A DNA stretch of 64,000 nt from Pseudomonadota bacterium (GCA_039799905.1 JBDLRP010000030.1:19577-83576); one strand, 5' to 3'. Positions 30,248 through 40,414 are shown, counted from the first letter of the stretch. Numbers and translations are program-made. Notes: a model not told the origin generated them from the sequence alone.

Positions 30248-30275
30248 ATATCGGCATATATTCTGAATTCCGTGA
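30248..30275 (-). promoter_or_regulatory. Sigma28-like promoter candidate
   Basis: TCAC-N16-GCCGATAT. Confidence 0.5.
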
Positions 30276-30401
30276 GCTGAGCAGTGAAAAAGCCAACAAG
30301 TCCGCATATCCATCGGGCAACCAGCCAAAACAACGCATTGTTTTGACTCTGCCGGCAGGGCCTCCGTCGGGTATACTCCGTAGACCAATTAAGGAATCAA
30401 A

Positions 30402-31202
30402 GTGCTGTCTGCGCCCGCTTCCCAAGAACCCGTCGTTCACCAGACCCGATGTGCATTCGTTATGCACGGACTCAACACGCACCCGAAAAAAATGTCGGAC
30501 CTCGCAACTCTTGCAGAAAAGCTCGGGTTCACCACCACAGTGGGAATTCTGTCGGGTCACCAACCAGACGAAAAAAAAACGACAGATAACCTTGTTTCAG
30601 AGAACCAATGGCGACAGGAATTTAAAGAACAGTGGAGTCAATCTGTCAGCAAGTGCAACGGCCCGTCGAATGAGCGGCTGTTCATCGCATACTCACTTGG
30701 GGCCGTTACTGGCCTGAGTGTTTTTGATCAAGATGACTCAGTTATATTGCCGACAAAGATGATTTTAATTTCACCAGCTCTGGCGCTGCGAAAAAAAACT
30801 ATTCTCATTCGTGCGCTCAGCTGGCTGCCGTTTGGCTCACTGCCGAGCGTCAATCATCCGGACTATCGAGCACGACCGAACACACCCCTCAAAAATTACA
30901 ACGCTCTTTTCAAAATTCACGACGGATGGAAAAAGTTTCAATGGAAGGCAACCTCACAGATACCGACGCTGGTAGTTTTGTCACCGGACGACGAACTTGT
31001 TGACTCACAAAACATCGAACAGTCATTGAAGCAGCGACAACAGAGTTCATGGCAGATTCACTGGCTGTCGAACGAAAACTCAACGCTCCGGCCGCGCTAT
31101 TATCATTTGATCATCGACGAACTGAGTCAGGGAAAACAACAATGGGACTCCTTCACCGAGGCTGCCGTGCGATTTGCAGGCGGCAAAACGGAGGCAAAGT
31201 GA
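30402..31202 (+). CDS. Alpha/beta hydrolase (esterase/lipase-like)
   Basis: VMHGL, AYSLG nucleophile elbow, LISPA, DELV, YHL. Confidence 0.8.
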   Translation: MLSAPASQEPVVHQTRCAFVMHGLNTHPKKMSDLATLAEKLGFTTTVGILSGHQPDEKKTTDNLVSENQWRQEFKEQWSQSVSKCNGPSNERLFIAYSLGAVTGLSVFDQDDSVILPTKMILISPALALRKKTILIRALSWLPFGSLPSVNHPDYRARPNTPLKNYNALFKIHDGWKKFQWKATSQIPTLVVLSPDDELVDSQNIEQSLKQRQQSSWQIHWLSNENSTLRPRYYHLIIDELSQGKQQWDSFTEAAVRFAGGKTEAK

Positions 31203-32116
31203 ACAGTGCTGCTAAAGAAACGTTGACTGGCTCGCGGAAAATGACGATTCTTGCGTGCATATGCGGCATCGCTTTAATTTCGAAACAGGCATTCGCACAA
31301 CGCGGACTGACGTTGCCGTATCAGGAACCTGCAAATGGGCCATCGTCTGGAATCAGTGGATTTTTTGACACGAATGTCGTCGAAGAGAAGCATTTCGTGT
31401 CTGATTTTCCAACCCTCAGCATCGACTACGGACTAGGACGCGACTTGACCATCGGCACTTCGCTGCTGACAGTGATCTCAACAGCGCAGGCTATCGACAA
31501 CAGCAAGGACAAGCCATTTCAATTCTTCAATGGAAAGCTCCGCTACCGCCTACTTTCGCATTCTGGATGGACAGCGACATTGACCGGATACTACGCCTAC
31601 CTTCGCGCGAAAGGACGCCAGACTGGCGCCACAACCTATCTTCCGGCCGCAACATTCAATGCTGCACGGGAACTGCAATCCGGTTCTGCTGGAGTGTCGC
31701 TGTTGGTCGCTCAATTCACAGGCGAGTCGGGTGCCGAGAACGAGGCAAACTTCACACGCACAGACAAACTCTACCGGCTTCTCAGCGGGTGGTGGCGACC
31801 ATCGATAACGAACAAAACCGAATTGGAACTTCTGGCCACCCTCTGCACTCCGACGCAGGCCACGGAGCTATCCAATTTTTCACGCGTCGACGTCTCGCAG
31901 TCCTGCTTTTCGGACAAATTGTATTCGGGCTTCTTGCGCGGTCTGTTGAGCTGGCGCTCGAGTCAGACCTGGCTGTTGTCCGCAGGTGTCATCTGGACAC
32001 CGGGCTCGACATCAAAATTCATTCCGGTTCTCGCAGCCCATCATGTTGCAGGTTTTTTTTCGCGCCCCCCCGCCAATACCATTCAGCCAACAACGGATGC
32101 AGACAATGAAGAGTGA
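31199..32116 (+). CDS. Secreted putative beta-barrel protein
   Basis: GGAGG plus GTGA overlap; signal peptide ending AFA; alternating beta-strand pattern. Confidence 0.55.
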   Translation: MNSAAKETLTGSRKMTILACICGIALISKQAFAQRGLTLPYQEPANGPSSGISGFFDTNVVEEKHFVSDFPTLSIDYGLGRDLTIGTSLLTVISTAQAIDNSKDKPFQFFNGKLRYRLLSHSGWTATLTGYYAYLRAKGRQTGATTYLPAATFNAARELQSGSAGVSLLVAQFTGESGAENEANFTRTDKLYRLLSGWWRPSITNKTELELLATLCTPTQATELSNFSRVDVSQSCFSDKLYSGFLRGLLSWRSSQTWLLSAGVIWTPGSTSKFIPVLAAHHVAGFFSRPPANTIQPTTDADNEE

Positions 32117-33410
32117 CTTTTTGAAAATTTTTCGTCTATCAGCGGGCATCTTACTTTCTGGGTGCTCGAATTCATCGCCCCGCGCAGGAGCACCGTACAG
32201 GGCTGAGATCCTTTATTTCAGTCCGTCAACCGGTACCGCTGACGGTCAGTGGACTGTCGGCGAACGTGAGTTAAAAACCCTCGACAATCCTGAGAAACTT
32301 GAAGGAAAAAATTTTGAAATTCTCAGCGGACGTGCCCTGACAATCGACTCAACCATAGGCTCGTTGATTACAGGCCGGGTCAGTGGCAGCGAAAGGAAGA
32401 ACCCAATCCGCTATGACGTCAGAGACGGGGTCATTATTCCCCGCGACAACACTACTCTGCTCATGTTCTCGGGCTTCTATGCGTTTGAACAAGTATTTGA
32501 ACAAGTCGAAGCAGCAACCGGTGAAAAGCTTTCTGACCTGACAGACACTGTCGGAGGACGCTATCAGGTGCTCTTTGAACCGACAATTGAAGTCAAAGAT
32601 TCCGGTGTCGAGGCTCGCGTGTCTCTCAAGCTGAATGCCGCATTTAACCCACAGTCGGATAACTTCATTCTTTTCCGGAGGTCCGCACTGGAACAAATTC
32701 CGCTTGCGGCGAATCTAAAAGTCATTTCACATGAGTTCGGTCATGCCCTGTTCAAGCGTTCTTTCTTCAATCAAAAGTTGGATTCATGTTCAGGGATAGA
32801 CGATGCAGCAATTGAACAGCGCAGGAAGGAAAAGCTTTTCGACGGACATTTGTCGGTCGAATATGCGATTTCGGGCTTCAACGAGGGTTATTCGGATTTT
32901 GTCAGTTACGTTATGACTGGCGAAACAAATGCTCTCGTCGGCAGCTTTGGCAACACAGAAGACCGAATCGTGAAAAGTAGATCGCTGACAGGAGAGAAAT
33001 TTACCTTCGCGCAGCTCGACGGGAGCCAAATTTGTCCGGCGGGCTTTTACTGCATCGGCACTTTGTTTGCGCGCGGACTCTACAAGGCATCTCAGATTCA
33101 CGCTAAACAATCAGACGGCCTGCGAACCTTCAGCCGTCAGGTTTATGCGGCACTCAAAAGCGCGCAAAATTTTCTGAGACAAGGTCCTTCGCTGGATGTG
33201 CTTCCGTTTCCATCCAAAGATGCCGCTGCGTGCAAAGTGCGGCGCGACATCAGCCTAAGTTACGACGGAGCGGTGTCATCTGCGTTTTTGAGTGCGTTTC
33301 TGCGCGGCCTGCCCAGCGGCGAAGAGAAAACACTCCTGTGCATTGAACTATCTGAGCTGTTCGGAACAACCGGATTCGCCGAGGAGGTACGCGGTGTTTG
33401 CAATCCTTGA
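32106..33410 (+). CDS. Lipoprotein zinc metallopeptidase (gluzincin-like)
   Basis: Lipobox LSGC; NAAF, VISHEFGH and downstream GFNEGYSDF third-ligand motif. Confidence 0.8.
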   Translation: MKSDFLKIFRLSAGILLSGCSNSSPRAGAPYRAEILYFSPSTGTADGQWTVGERELKTLDNPEKLEGKNFEILSGRALTIDSTIGSLITGRVSGSERKNPIRYDVRDGVIIPRDNTTLLMFSGFYAFEQVFEQVEAATGEKLSDLTDTVGGRYQVLFEPTIEVKDSGVEARVSLKLNAAFNPQSDNFILFRRSALEQIPLAANLKVISHEFGHALFKRSFFNQKLDSCSGIDDAAIEQRRKEKLFDGHLSVEYAISGFNEGYSDFVSYVMTGETNALVGSFGNTEDRIVKSRSLTGEKFTFAQLDGSQICPAGFYCIGTLFARGLYKASQIHAKQSDGLRTFSRQVYAALKSAQNFLRQGPSLDVLPFPSKDAAACKVRRDISLSYDGAVSSAFLSAFLRGLPSGEEKTLLCIELSELFGTTGFAEEVRGVCNP

Positions 33411-33951
33411 GACATTGTCACCGCTCTTGAGTTTGGGCGTCGGGTTTGTGAATTCAAACGTGCTCGATTCTTCTGAACTCACTACGAGTATTCCGGGCTA
33501 TGAAGTCTTTGCACAGGTTTATGCACAGTTGCCTGCAGATAACATCTACCTGCGGCCAGCATTCAGATTATCCTACGAGCCCGAGACAAATGAGGAACTA
33601 CCCTCGTCGCTTGGCCTGCGCGAGCAGACCTTCAAGTCGGCCGCCGAACTGGGAATCCTCTACAACAGCATCATCGTACCTGCGATTACACTTCAAGGGG
33701 CACTGCTGTCGCGCAGTCTGAAGCTTTACACCTCGGCACCCGTGAGCGGATCCGGCGCGAACTCCCTCAGCCGTGCGGAAACTCTCTGGCAGGCTGCAGT
33801 TACGGCCAGTGTCGGCATTCCTTTTGCAGGCGGAAGCCTCGTCGTTGAGCCCTATTACCGGCTCGTTGAAATTCAGGGCGACAACCGACAAAGCACCCAA
33901 TGGGGATGTGATGTCAGCTATGCACTGCCAGTTTTTTCACCGGTCAACTAG
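33394..33951 (+). CDS. Small putative beta-barrel protein
   Basis: GAGGAGG before GTG; about 8 amphipathic strands ending WGCDVSYAL. Confidence 0.55.
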   Translation: MFAILETLSPLLSLGVGFVNSNVLDSSELTTSIPGYEVFAQVYAQLPADNIYLRPAFRLSYEPETNEELPSSLGLREQTFKSAAELGILYNSIIVPAITLQGALLSRSLKLYTSAPVSGSGANSLSRAETLWQAAVTASVGIPFAGGSLVVEPYYRLVEIQGDNRQSTQWGCDVSYALPVFSPVN

Positions 33952-34039
33952 CCGAAATATCCTATCTTTTTGAATAAACAGAGTTTATAGTGTCGCGGTC
34001 GGAAACTGCACGCCCGAGGTGCAGAAAGTCATTGCCTTT

Positions 34040-34047
34040 GCCGATAT
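34040..34047 (+). promoter_or_regulatory. Sigma28-like -10 element candidate
   Basis: GCCGATAT upstream of the desaturase; -35 is weak. Confidence 0.3.
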
Positions 34048-34088
34048 TTCAAGAGAATGACTGAAGGTCAACAAACTGTGAGGTTGTT

Positions 34089-35144
34089 GTGAAAGAAAAC
34101 AGTTCGGTTTCGGAATTCTGCGGCGGTGACAACAAGAATGTGTCGAGAGATCTCCCTGGCGCCATGTTGAGCAAGGCAGTCTCGGACCTACACACAATGC
34201 GCGCCGGCCCCGGACTGATCAGGTTTTTTTCATCACTGACACTCCTCTTTGCCGCGCTCTACTTGAGCTACGAATTTTCGACCTCTGATGCGGGATTTTA
34301 TTTCTTCGCCGCCGTCGCGGGTGTTTTCTTTGCTGCGGCAGCGGTTACGACACACGACGCAATCCACCACACACTCACAGGAATCGAGTGGTTCGATGAG
34401 ATCTCTGCAAGGGTCGTTACATGGCCGGTGCTGTGGCCGCACGGTATTTATTCGGAGCTGCATAAGCTCCATCACAAGATGAACGGCGTTGACAGCCGGG
34501 ATCCTGAACGGGTGACGTACACCGAGTCCGAGTATCAGAACGCAAACATATTTGTACGCTTTTATATGCGCAATCAGCTGCCACTGGCCATTTTTCTGGG
34601 CGGCGGAATTGGTATGATCATTGGCCATCTCTCACGCGCCGCTGGGTTCATGAAGCAATCGAAGGGTCTGCGCCGTCAGACGGCCTATGACCTCTTGGGC
34701 ATTCTGCTGCTCAACGGAAGCCTTTACGCGCTCGCGGCTGCGCACGGACAACTAGGCAAGGCATTGTTGCTTTATTTCATCGTCGAACGGATAGGCGGTG
34801 GCCTCCTTCAACTCCGCGCACACGTCGAGCACTACGGTTTGTCTGGAAAGCGCTCGAATTACTTTGCCACGCAGCTTCACACGTGCAGAAATATTGAAAC
34901 CAACCGTGTGATGTCGTGGTTGATGAACGGACTCAACTTCCATTCTATCCACCACGCTTTCCCGAAAGTTCCTTTCTACAACCTCGAGGAAGCGACTCGG
35001 CGGATGAACGAACTCCTGCAAAAGAATAACGTGGACACCCTTCCGCAGGCAAAAGGCTACGTCGCGACAGTGGTTAATCTGTCGCGCGAAATGCGACTCA
35101 TCAATTTTTCTCAGACAAGCTCACCTCAAGTTGAGGCTGACTGA
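34089..35144 (+). CDS. Membrane fatty acid desaturase family protein
   Basis: His boxes HDAIH, HKLHH, HSIHH; TM segments; start approximate. Confidence 0.92.
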   Translation: MKENSSVSEFCGGDNKNVSRDLPGAMLSKAVSDLHTMRAGPGLIRFFSSLTLLFAALYLSYEFSTSDAGFYFFAAVAGVFFAAAAVTTHDAIHHTLTGIEWFDEISARVVTWPVLWPHGIYSELHKLHHKMNGVDSRDPERVTYTESEYQNANIFVRFYMRNQLPLAIFLGGGIGMIIGHLSRAAGFMKQSKGLRRQTAYDLLGILLLNGSLYALAAAHGQLGKALLLYFIVERIGGGLLQLRAHVEHYGLSGKRSNYFATQLHTCRNIETNRVMSWLMNGLNFHSIHHAFPKVPFYNLEEATRRMNELLQKNNVDTLPQAKGYVATVVNLSREMRLINFSQTSSPQVEAD

Positions 35145-36098
35145 TCAGGGCAAATAAGTACGAACGGGGCGACGGGCTATAGGCATGTAAGGTAGCCGGC
35201 AGTAGTCGTTTGCGAGCCTGCCAAGATGGTCGGGAATGCAGCTGCGCTCCTCCACGCTGAGCCGGGAGTCTTGGTCTGGAATCAATGTTGATTTGCTCTC
35301 ACACACCCAACGGCTATTGGACGACGAAATACGCAACAATGGCCCGATCCCGAAAAGCTGGTCATGAGTTTTGAGTCCGCAGATGCTCATGCGAGTCGAG
35401 TCCTGTTCATGAAGGACAATCAAAGTCGGTGTGCAATAGACAGCATCTGAAAAAACACTGCTGCACTGCTCTTTGAGCAATGCCGGAATTTGCAACGCCG
35501 CACTTCCAATCGGAGACACGACCCAACTATGCAATCCACGCACGTCGGATCGTGAACTTTCATACCGCCAGTCAAATTCTGTCACGACACATCGACTGTC
35601 GGTCTCCTGAAGGAAATCGAAAGGACTTCGTGAACTGGCAGTAAAGTGTGCGCAGACGAGAGTTGGAGAATTTTGCAGCGCATGAGAACCCGCATAAACA
35701 AAAAGTCCACGGCCGGTCTTGGGATTGTGCTGACACTGCAGGACGCGCTCATCCGTGTTTCGGCACACAGGCTGCCCATCCCAGATCAAAACGTCCTGCT
35801 GAGGCGCGGAAGAGTCGGCCGCGGTGTTATCTTCCGCGGTATTGCTGCACACTTTACTCCACAGTTTTTCGGCGACAGATTTGAAGCGATCCAGAGTTGG
35901 GTCACTGTCATCGGTGCGCAATCGATTGAGCAGGCGGCAATCGGTTGCAGACATTCCTGTGCCCCCGTTGTTATCTGCAGCGCGTAGCAACACGTTCATC
36001 GTTTCGGTCAGCGTATCTGCTGCTGCAACCGTTGAAACGTATCCGGAAATGCCAAAAGCAGACAACGCAAGCGCCTTTGGGATCACTGACTGTGCCAT
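35145..36098 (-). CDS. Secreted Cys-rich hypothetical protein
   Basis: GGGAGG RBS; signal peptide; many cysteines. Confidence 0.7.
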   Translation of the reverse strand: MAQSVIPKALALSAFGISGYVSTVAAADTLTETMNVLLRAADNNGGTGMSATDCRLLNRLRTDDSDPTLDRFKSVAEKLWSKVCSNTAEDNTAADSSAPQQDVLIWDGQPVCRNTDERVLQCQHNPKTGRGLFVYAGSHALQNSPTLVCAHFTASSRSPFDFLQETDSRCVVTEFDWRYESSRSDVRGLHSWVVSPIGSAALQIPALLKEQCSSVFSDAVYCTPTLIVLHEQDSTRMSICGLKTHDQLFGIGPLLRISSSNSRWVCESKSTLIPDQDSRLSVEERSCIPDHLGRLANDYCRLPYMPIARRPVRTYLP

Positions 36099-36189
36099 GT
36101 GTAAATCCTCCCTGTTGGACTGATTGACAACACTTCACTGCTGACTGCAAAAATTCAAAAGTAAATTCATAAACCACAAAAAGAATTGC

Positions 36190-36210
36190 CCGCCGTTGAG
36201 CAGGCGGGCA
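36190..36210 (-). terminator. Probable terminator after the 62-aa gene
   Basis: GC-rich cccgcc/ggcggg stem flanked by A tracts. Confidence 0.55.
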
Positions 36211-36253
36211 GAGAAAAATGCATTTATGAAAATTTCTTTAAACCGTTACACGG

Positions 36254-36442
36254 CTATCTGAGAGCTTCCGCCACATGTTGACGTACCGACTTTTTCTTTA
36301 CCGGTGGCGAAAAAATCGAACTTGCGCTGAGGACTTCGTCGATGCGGGTTGTCTCAGGCTGTGCTGAGTGTGATCTGACCCAGCCAAGAAAAGCGGCGGC
36401 GAACGTGAGAGCGAAAAGCGATGAGGTCAATCTCATAAGCAT
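36254..36442 (-). CDS. Small membrane/secreted protein
   Basis: AGGAGG 7 nt before ATG; N-terminal hydrophobic helix; followed by a hairpin. Confidence 0.55.
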   Translation of the reverse strand: MLMRLTSSLFALTFAAAFLGWVRSHSAQPETTRIDEVLSASSIFSPPVKKKSVRQHVAEALR

Positions 36443-36586
36443 CCCGAATCCTCCTACAGACCGATGCTTTTCGAGGTGGTATCCACAAAAGCAAGGTGTG
36501 CCAAGAGTTTTTTTATCGCCTATAAAATTAACAGTAGTTTCATATTTGTAGCAGACAATTCAAAAAAAATTCGTCACGCGGCAGAT

Positions 36587-37243
36587 TCATTCATTGCGCA
36601 GGACCGCATCCGCGGAGCGGGCCTTTTGCAGCATACTGCAGACGTCATCATCGCTGACCTCAGAAAAATCGACGTAGAATTCGCCGACCGCAGAAAAAAG
36701 TTTCGCAACGTGAAGGCATTCGACTCTGTCCGCAAAACGGGTCATCACCGACATTCCCTCGCTGGATGAGACCGCGACTGCTGCGATGATCTCGGCGGGT
36801 TGTCGTCTGCGAGCCCACATCAGCGCTGCACGCATCGTCGCTCCGGTTGCGACTCCATCATCGACGAGAACTATTCTTTTATCCCTGAGTGAGAGGTGGG
36901 GTGCTGATTTGCGCCAGCGGAAATCTCTCTGGCGCAGCACTTCCAGACTTTTGCGAAACCAAAGGCGGAGTTGTTCATGCGGGAGATTCAGAACTTCTTC
37001 CTCTGGATAGAAATTCCCTTCAATATCTGCAGCGCCGAGCGCAAATTCGGGCGCCAAGGGTGAGGAAACCTTTCGCACAGGGACGATATCAAGCGGACAT
37101 CGCAGTCCGTGCGCTATCACCAATCCCATGGGAACAGCACCTCGCGGCACCGCAAGGACAACCGTTTCGGCGCGCTCGTGCTGAAGAAGCTTTTCCAACA
37201 AAAGGTGTGCGGCGTGCTCACGACTTTTAAAAATCATAACCAT
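36587..37243 (-). CDS. Phosphoribosyltransferase family protein
   Basis: VPRGAVP, IVLVDDGVATGAT PRPP loop, AVGEFY.DFSEVSDDDV. Confidence 0.9.
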   Translation of the reverse strand: MVMIFKSREHAAHLLLEKLLQHERAETVVLAVPRGAVPMGLVIAHGLRCPLDIVPVRKVSSPLAPEFALGAADIEGNFYPEEEVLNLPHEQLRLWFRKSLEVLRQRDFRWRKSAPHLSLRDKRIVLVDDGVATGATMRAALMWARRRQPAEIIAAVAVSSSEGMSVMTRFADRVECLHVAKLFSAVGEFYVDFSEVSDDDVCSMLQKARSADAVLRNE

Positions 37244-37286
37244 CCCCCATTGTTGGGCTAATTTAGACCGTGCTGAACGTTGGAAC

Positions 37287-37314
37287 TCAAGGACTTTTCA
37301 GAAGGTTCCGAGAA
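37287..37314 (+). promoter_or_regulatory. Sigma28-like promoter candidate
   Basis: TCAA-N16-TCCGAGAA. Confidence 0.45.
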
Positions 37315-37355
37315 TGCACAAATCGTGACGATATACGATTCAGAGGAGACACCGT

Positions 37356-37808
37356 ATGGTCGTTTCTCGAAGGCAGGATATTTCAGCGCGTTGGACGGCT
37401 GTCTGCTCTGTGGCAGTTTTAGCGGCCACCGCAATATCATGTGGAACTTCGCATCCCGCTCCCACATCTGATGTCTCCGTCAGGCCAACTCCTACGCCAA
37501 CGGCCGTAGCAGAAGTGAAAGTGTCCAACGAAGCCGGCCGATATGCTGACTACATTGCCAAAAAACCTATTCCAGCGATTTACAAACCCTACGACCCCAA
37601 ACTCCTGTTCTACGCTTTGTATGTAAATTGTGCGGGCTGTCACGATTTCGTGACCGAACTGGCCGAGGTTAAGGATCGACTGAAGAAATACAGTGCCTAC
37701 GGCTCCATTCAGGACAGAATATCGAGTGGGTCAATGCCGCCAAACAAGCCCAATTTCGCCACATCAGCTGAAGGCAAGGAACTCCTCGGCCTTCTTAACT
37801 CTCTATGA
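37356..37808 (+). CDS. Monoheme c-type cytochrome lipoprotein
   Basis: GAGGAG RBS; lipobox AISC; CAGCH; distal GSMPP. Confidence 0.85.
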   Translation: MVVSRRQDISARWTAVCSVAVLAATAISCGTSHPAPTSDVSVRPTPTPTAVAEVKVSNEAGRYADYIAKKPIPAIYKPYDPKLLFYALYVNCAGCHDFVTELAEVKDRLKKYSAYGSIQDRISSGSMPPNKPNFATSAEGKELLGLLNSL

Positions 37809-37841
37809 TCATGCCTTTTAATTAAATTTTTTATCACAGAC

Positions 37842-37869
37842 TCAAGTCAATGCGAAGATCAGCCGATCT
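37842..37869 (+). promoter_or_regulatory. Sigma28-like promoter candidate
   Basis: TCAA-N16-GCCGATCT. Confidence 0.5.
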
Positions 37870-37896
37870 CGCTTCCATGGTACAGGAGGCAGATAC

Positions 37897-39030
37897 ATGA
37901 GCTTTAAGAATGAAAGCCCAGCACAGTCGGATGGTGAAAATATTGCGGCCGCTGTTGAAACCTCCGAAAGGCCCTCGGAGCAGACCTATGCCTCGGCGGT
38001 CAAGGCGCACCGTCGGCAGGCACTCAATCTCTCGCTGGCTGGTGGTCTCGCTGCCGTCCTGGCTGCCTGCGGCAAATATGTTGCACGTTTTGACAAATTC
38101 CCCACGAACCTCGACGGCGGCCTTGGCAAAAAGGGCGACGGTGACGGCGAAGGTATCAACAAACAAGGTGGCGGCGACCAAGGTGCGGTCGATCCGAATA
38201 ATCCCAACAACGGCGACCCCAACAATCCCGTCGACCCGAATACACCGCCCAAACCAGGCCTGAAGCCCGGCACGTGTTTACCGGTGAGCGTGCAAATTGT
38301 TGATACATCCGAGAAAGCCGGTATTACCGTCGACGACGCAGCGGTGGACGCGCACCAGCACTTTTTTGGCCGTTCGTCTCGATTGCTGGCAATTAAGTTT
38401 GCCAGCGGAAAACTGGCGCAAAACGATTTCGTGCACCTTGTCGGCAAAGCGAATGCTGCCGACACATCGGGGAAGATCCTTGCCACACGCCGTGTGCAGT
38501 CGACTGACCTGAGTAACAACGTTGCAAAGCTTGTCTTTGAATCTTTGACTCTCATGGGAATGACCCATGTTGACGTCGTTCTTGTTCGACCCAACAGCAA
38601 AACCAAAAAGACGCTCGACCTTCGCCCTGTCCGAGATACGATCGACGGCATGGAAGTGATTGACCTTGCAAAGGCCACACTGAGTAACGAAGAGCTGGTC
38701 AAGGTGTTCGACACATTCGAATTCGGCAAAACCAACCCGCGCATGGGAAATTCCAGCAACGGCACTTCGGACATCGGCGGATCGAAGGTTACGCTCGGGA
38801 AACAATTCCAAGTGCGCACTGCCTACACGGCTGCAACAGACGGATCAACTTGGAACACTGCGGACATTATTCCGACGAACGCATACCGTGTTGAGGATAT
38901 CTACGGTGACGTCATTCCGGCCAGCAGCCACCCCAATCTGTTTGCGAAAATGAACACGTTCATTGTTTATCTGAAAAAGACAGTCGGAAACAAGACGGTT
39001 CTCGTGCGGCATTTCATCTTTATCGGGTAA
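37897..39030 (+). CDS. Tat-exported lipoprotein, unknown function
   Basis: AGGAGG RBS; HRRQAL twin-Arg then LAAC; G/D/P/N-rich linker; beta-rich body. Confidence 0.75.
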   Translation: MSFKNESPAQSDGENIAAAVETSERPSEQTYASAVKAHRRQALNLSLAGGLAAVLAACGKYVARFDKFPTNLDGGLGKKGDGDGEGINKQGGGDQGAVDPNNPNNGDPNNPVDPNTPPKPGLKPGTCLPVSVQIVDTSEKAGITVDDAAVDAHQHFFGRSSRLLAIKFASGKLAQNDFVHLVGKANAADTSGKILATRRVQSTDLSNNVAKLVFESLTLMGMTHVDVVLVRPNSKTKKTLDLRPVRDTIDGMEVIDLAKATLSNEELVKVFDTFEFGKTNPRMGNSSNGTSDIGGSKVTLGKQFQVRTAYTAATDGSTWNTADIIPTNAYRVEDIYGDVIPASSHPNLFAKMNTFIVYLKKTVGNKTVLVRHFIFIG

Positions 39031-39052
39031 GGCGACACAAGGGAGATAGACC

Positions 39053-40414
39053 ATGGCAGAATTTCACAGCGAAGTCAGCAGCAGAGAATTAAGGATGGAC
39101 CGTCGCCAACTGCTCAAATGGACGGCGGCTGCACTCGCCGTTGGCAAATTCATGAACACGGAAGCGGCGCTGGCCGCAGGCGAATGCACGGCGATTGGCA
39201 ACCTTGTCGACCTGCCGGAAGGCCTTAAAGACGTTCCGAGACTCACCAAAGACAACAGCTCAATTGCTGCGAAAGATTTCCTTTATTGGATTGACGGACC
39301 GATGAACACGGCATTGAGCGGCTACAACGGAAATTTGGGGCAGAACCGCGCATTGGAGACCCGCGCACGGCTGTCGTGTACCATGCACGTCAAGCACAGC
39401 TCAGCATCATACATCGAGACAGTCATCTTGACCGATGACAACGACAACATCATCGCCCAACAGTATTTCGATGCGAATTCACGTTTGCCGGAAGGCGGTT
39501 TTGCGCCCTACGTTATTTTTGAAAATCTTGCGCTTGAGAAACAGACGTACAAGGTGTTTTTCATCCAAAACAATGGCGAGAAGCCGGCGGTTGTTTTTGA
39601 GCATGTTATCAAGGACGCGCAGCCAAGCCGCTTCGACTACGAACACCTGAGTCCGCAGGCGCGTGCAGAGCACATTCTCTCAATTCTCACAGATGAACTC
39701 AACGATGTGACGCCGCAAACGGCAAACATCAAGACTTCAGTGAACTATCGCTTTGAAAAGTGGCTCGCAAATGAAGTTGGGGCCACCGAAACCGCTGGAA
39801 CGGGATTTGTCACAACTCCCTATGGAACGTGGCAGGACAGCGTACACACGGCACGTGCGCGCATCAATCAAATCTACATTGATGCCGACAACCGAGGTGA
39901 CTTTGAAATCGTCGTGGACTTCATGCACCCCGAAAGCGCAGGCGACGATGCTCACTACATGCGCTACTTCCTCGTTCTCGATCCGGTAGGTCGCGTGCTT
40001 GGCGCGGTGCGGCGCATTTCAGGAGGCGACACGCTGTCGAGTGAACGAGTGCTTATCCGCAAGGGATTTTGGACGCCTGTGAAGACTGAGGTCTACAACA
40101 ACCTTAGTGCGGTCGAAAAGTCATACAGCTACGGCCATCAACTTAACACAGATGCGATGGTCAAGGGCGATGCAGCCATCAAGCAGGGTGGTGTGATTCC
40201 CTATGCGCGTATGCACGTGCGACACACTGGAACAGGCGCGGCACAAAAAGTGGACGACTCCGTCCTCGAAAATGGCTTCTGGTTGCCTGCGGACATTAAC
40301 GACGCCAAGTACAAGCAGCTCAATCAGGTCAACATCATCAACTGTCCGCATATCCAAATTCTCACGGACGATAAATTCCACGCCATCGCCCGTGCATGTG
40401 TGAAATTACGCTGA
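39053..40414 (+). CDS. Tat-exported protein with desulfoferrodoxin/SOR-like His motifs
   Basis: DRRQLLK signal ending ALA; SVH...MHP...AHYMRYF...DDKFH. Confidence 0.65.
   Translation: MAEFHSEVSSRELRMDRRQLLKWTAAALAVGKFMNTEAALAAGECTAIGNLVDLPEGLKDVPRLTKDNSSIAAKDFLYWIDGPMNTALSGYNGNLGQNRALETRARLSCTMHVKHSSASYIETVILTDDNDNIIAQQYFDANSRLPEGGFAPYVIFENLALEKQTYKVFFIQNNGEKPAVVFEHVIKDAQPSRFDYEHLSPQARAEHILSILTDELNDVTPQTANIKTSVNYRFEKWLANEVGATETAGTGFVTTPYGTWQDSVHTARARINQIYIDADNRGDFEIVVDFMHPESAGDDAHYMRYFLVLDPVGRVLGAVRRISGGDTLSSERVLIRKGFWTPVKTEVYNNLSAVEKSYSYGHQLNTDAMVKGDAAIKQGGVIPYARMHVRHTGTGAAQKVDDSVLENGFWLPADINDAKYKQLNQVNIINCPHIQILTDDKFHAIARACVKLR

Noticed and set aside
29857..30717. 286-aa plus ORF, and the long N-terminal extension of the 29880-30563 ORF
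   Set aside because: Overlap real genes; the DUF1992 gene has its own RBS at 30203
36490..36504. Sigma54-like TGGCAC..TTGC before the small gene
   Set aside because: GG-to-GC spacing is 8 nt rather than 10
37986..38819. 277-aa minus-strand ORF
   Set aside because: Antisense shadow of the Tat lipoprotein
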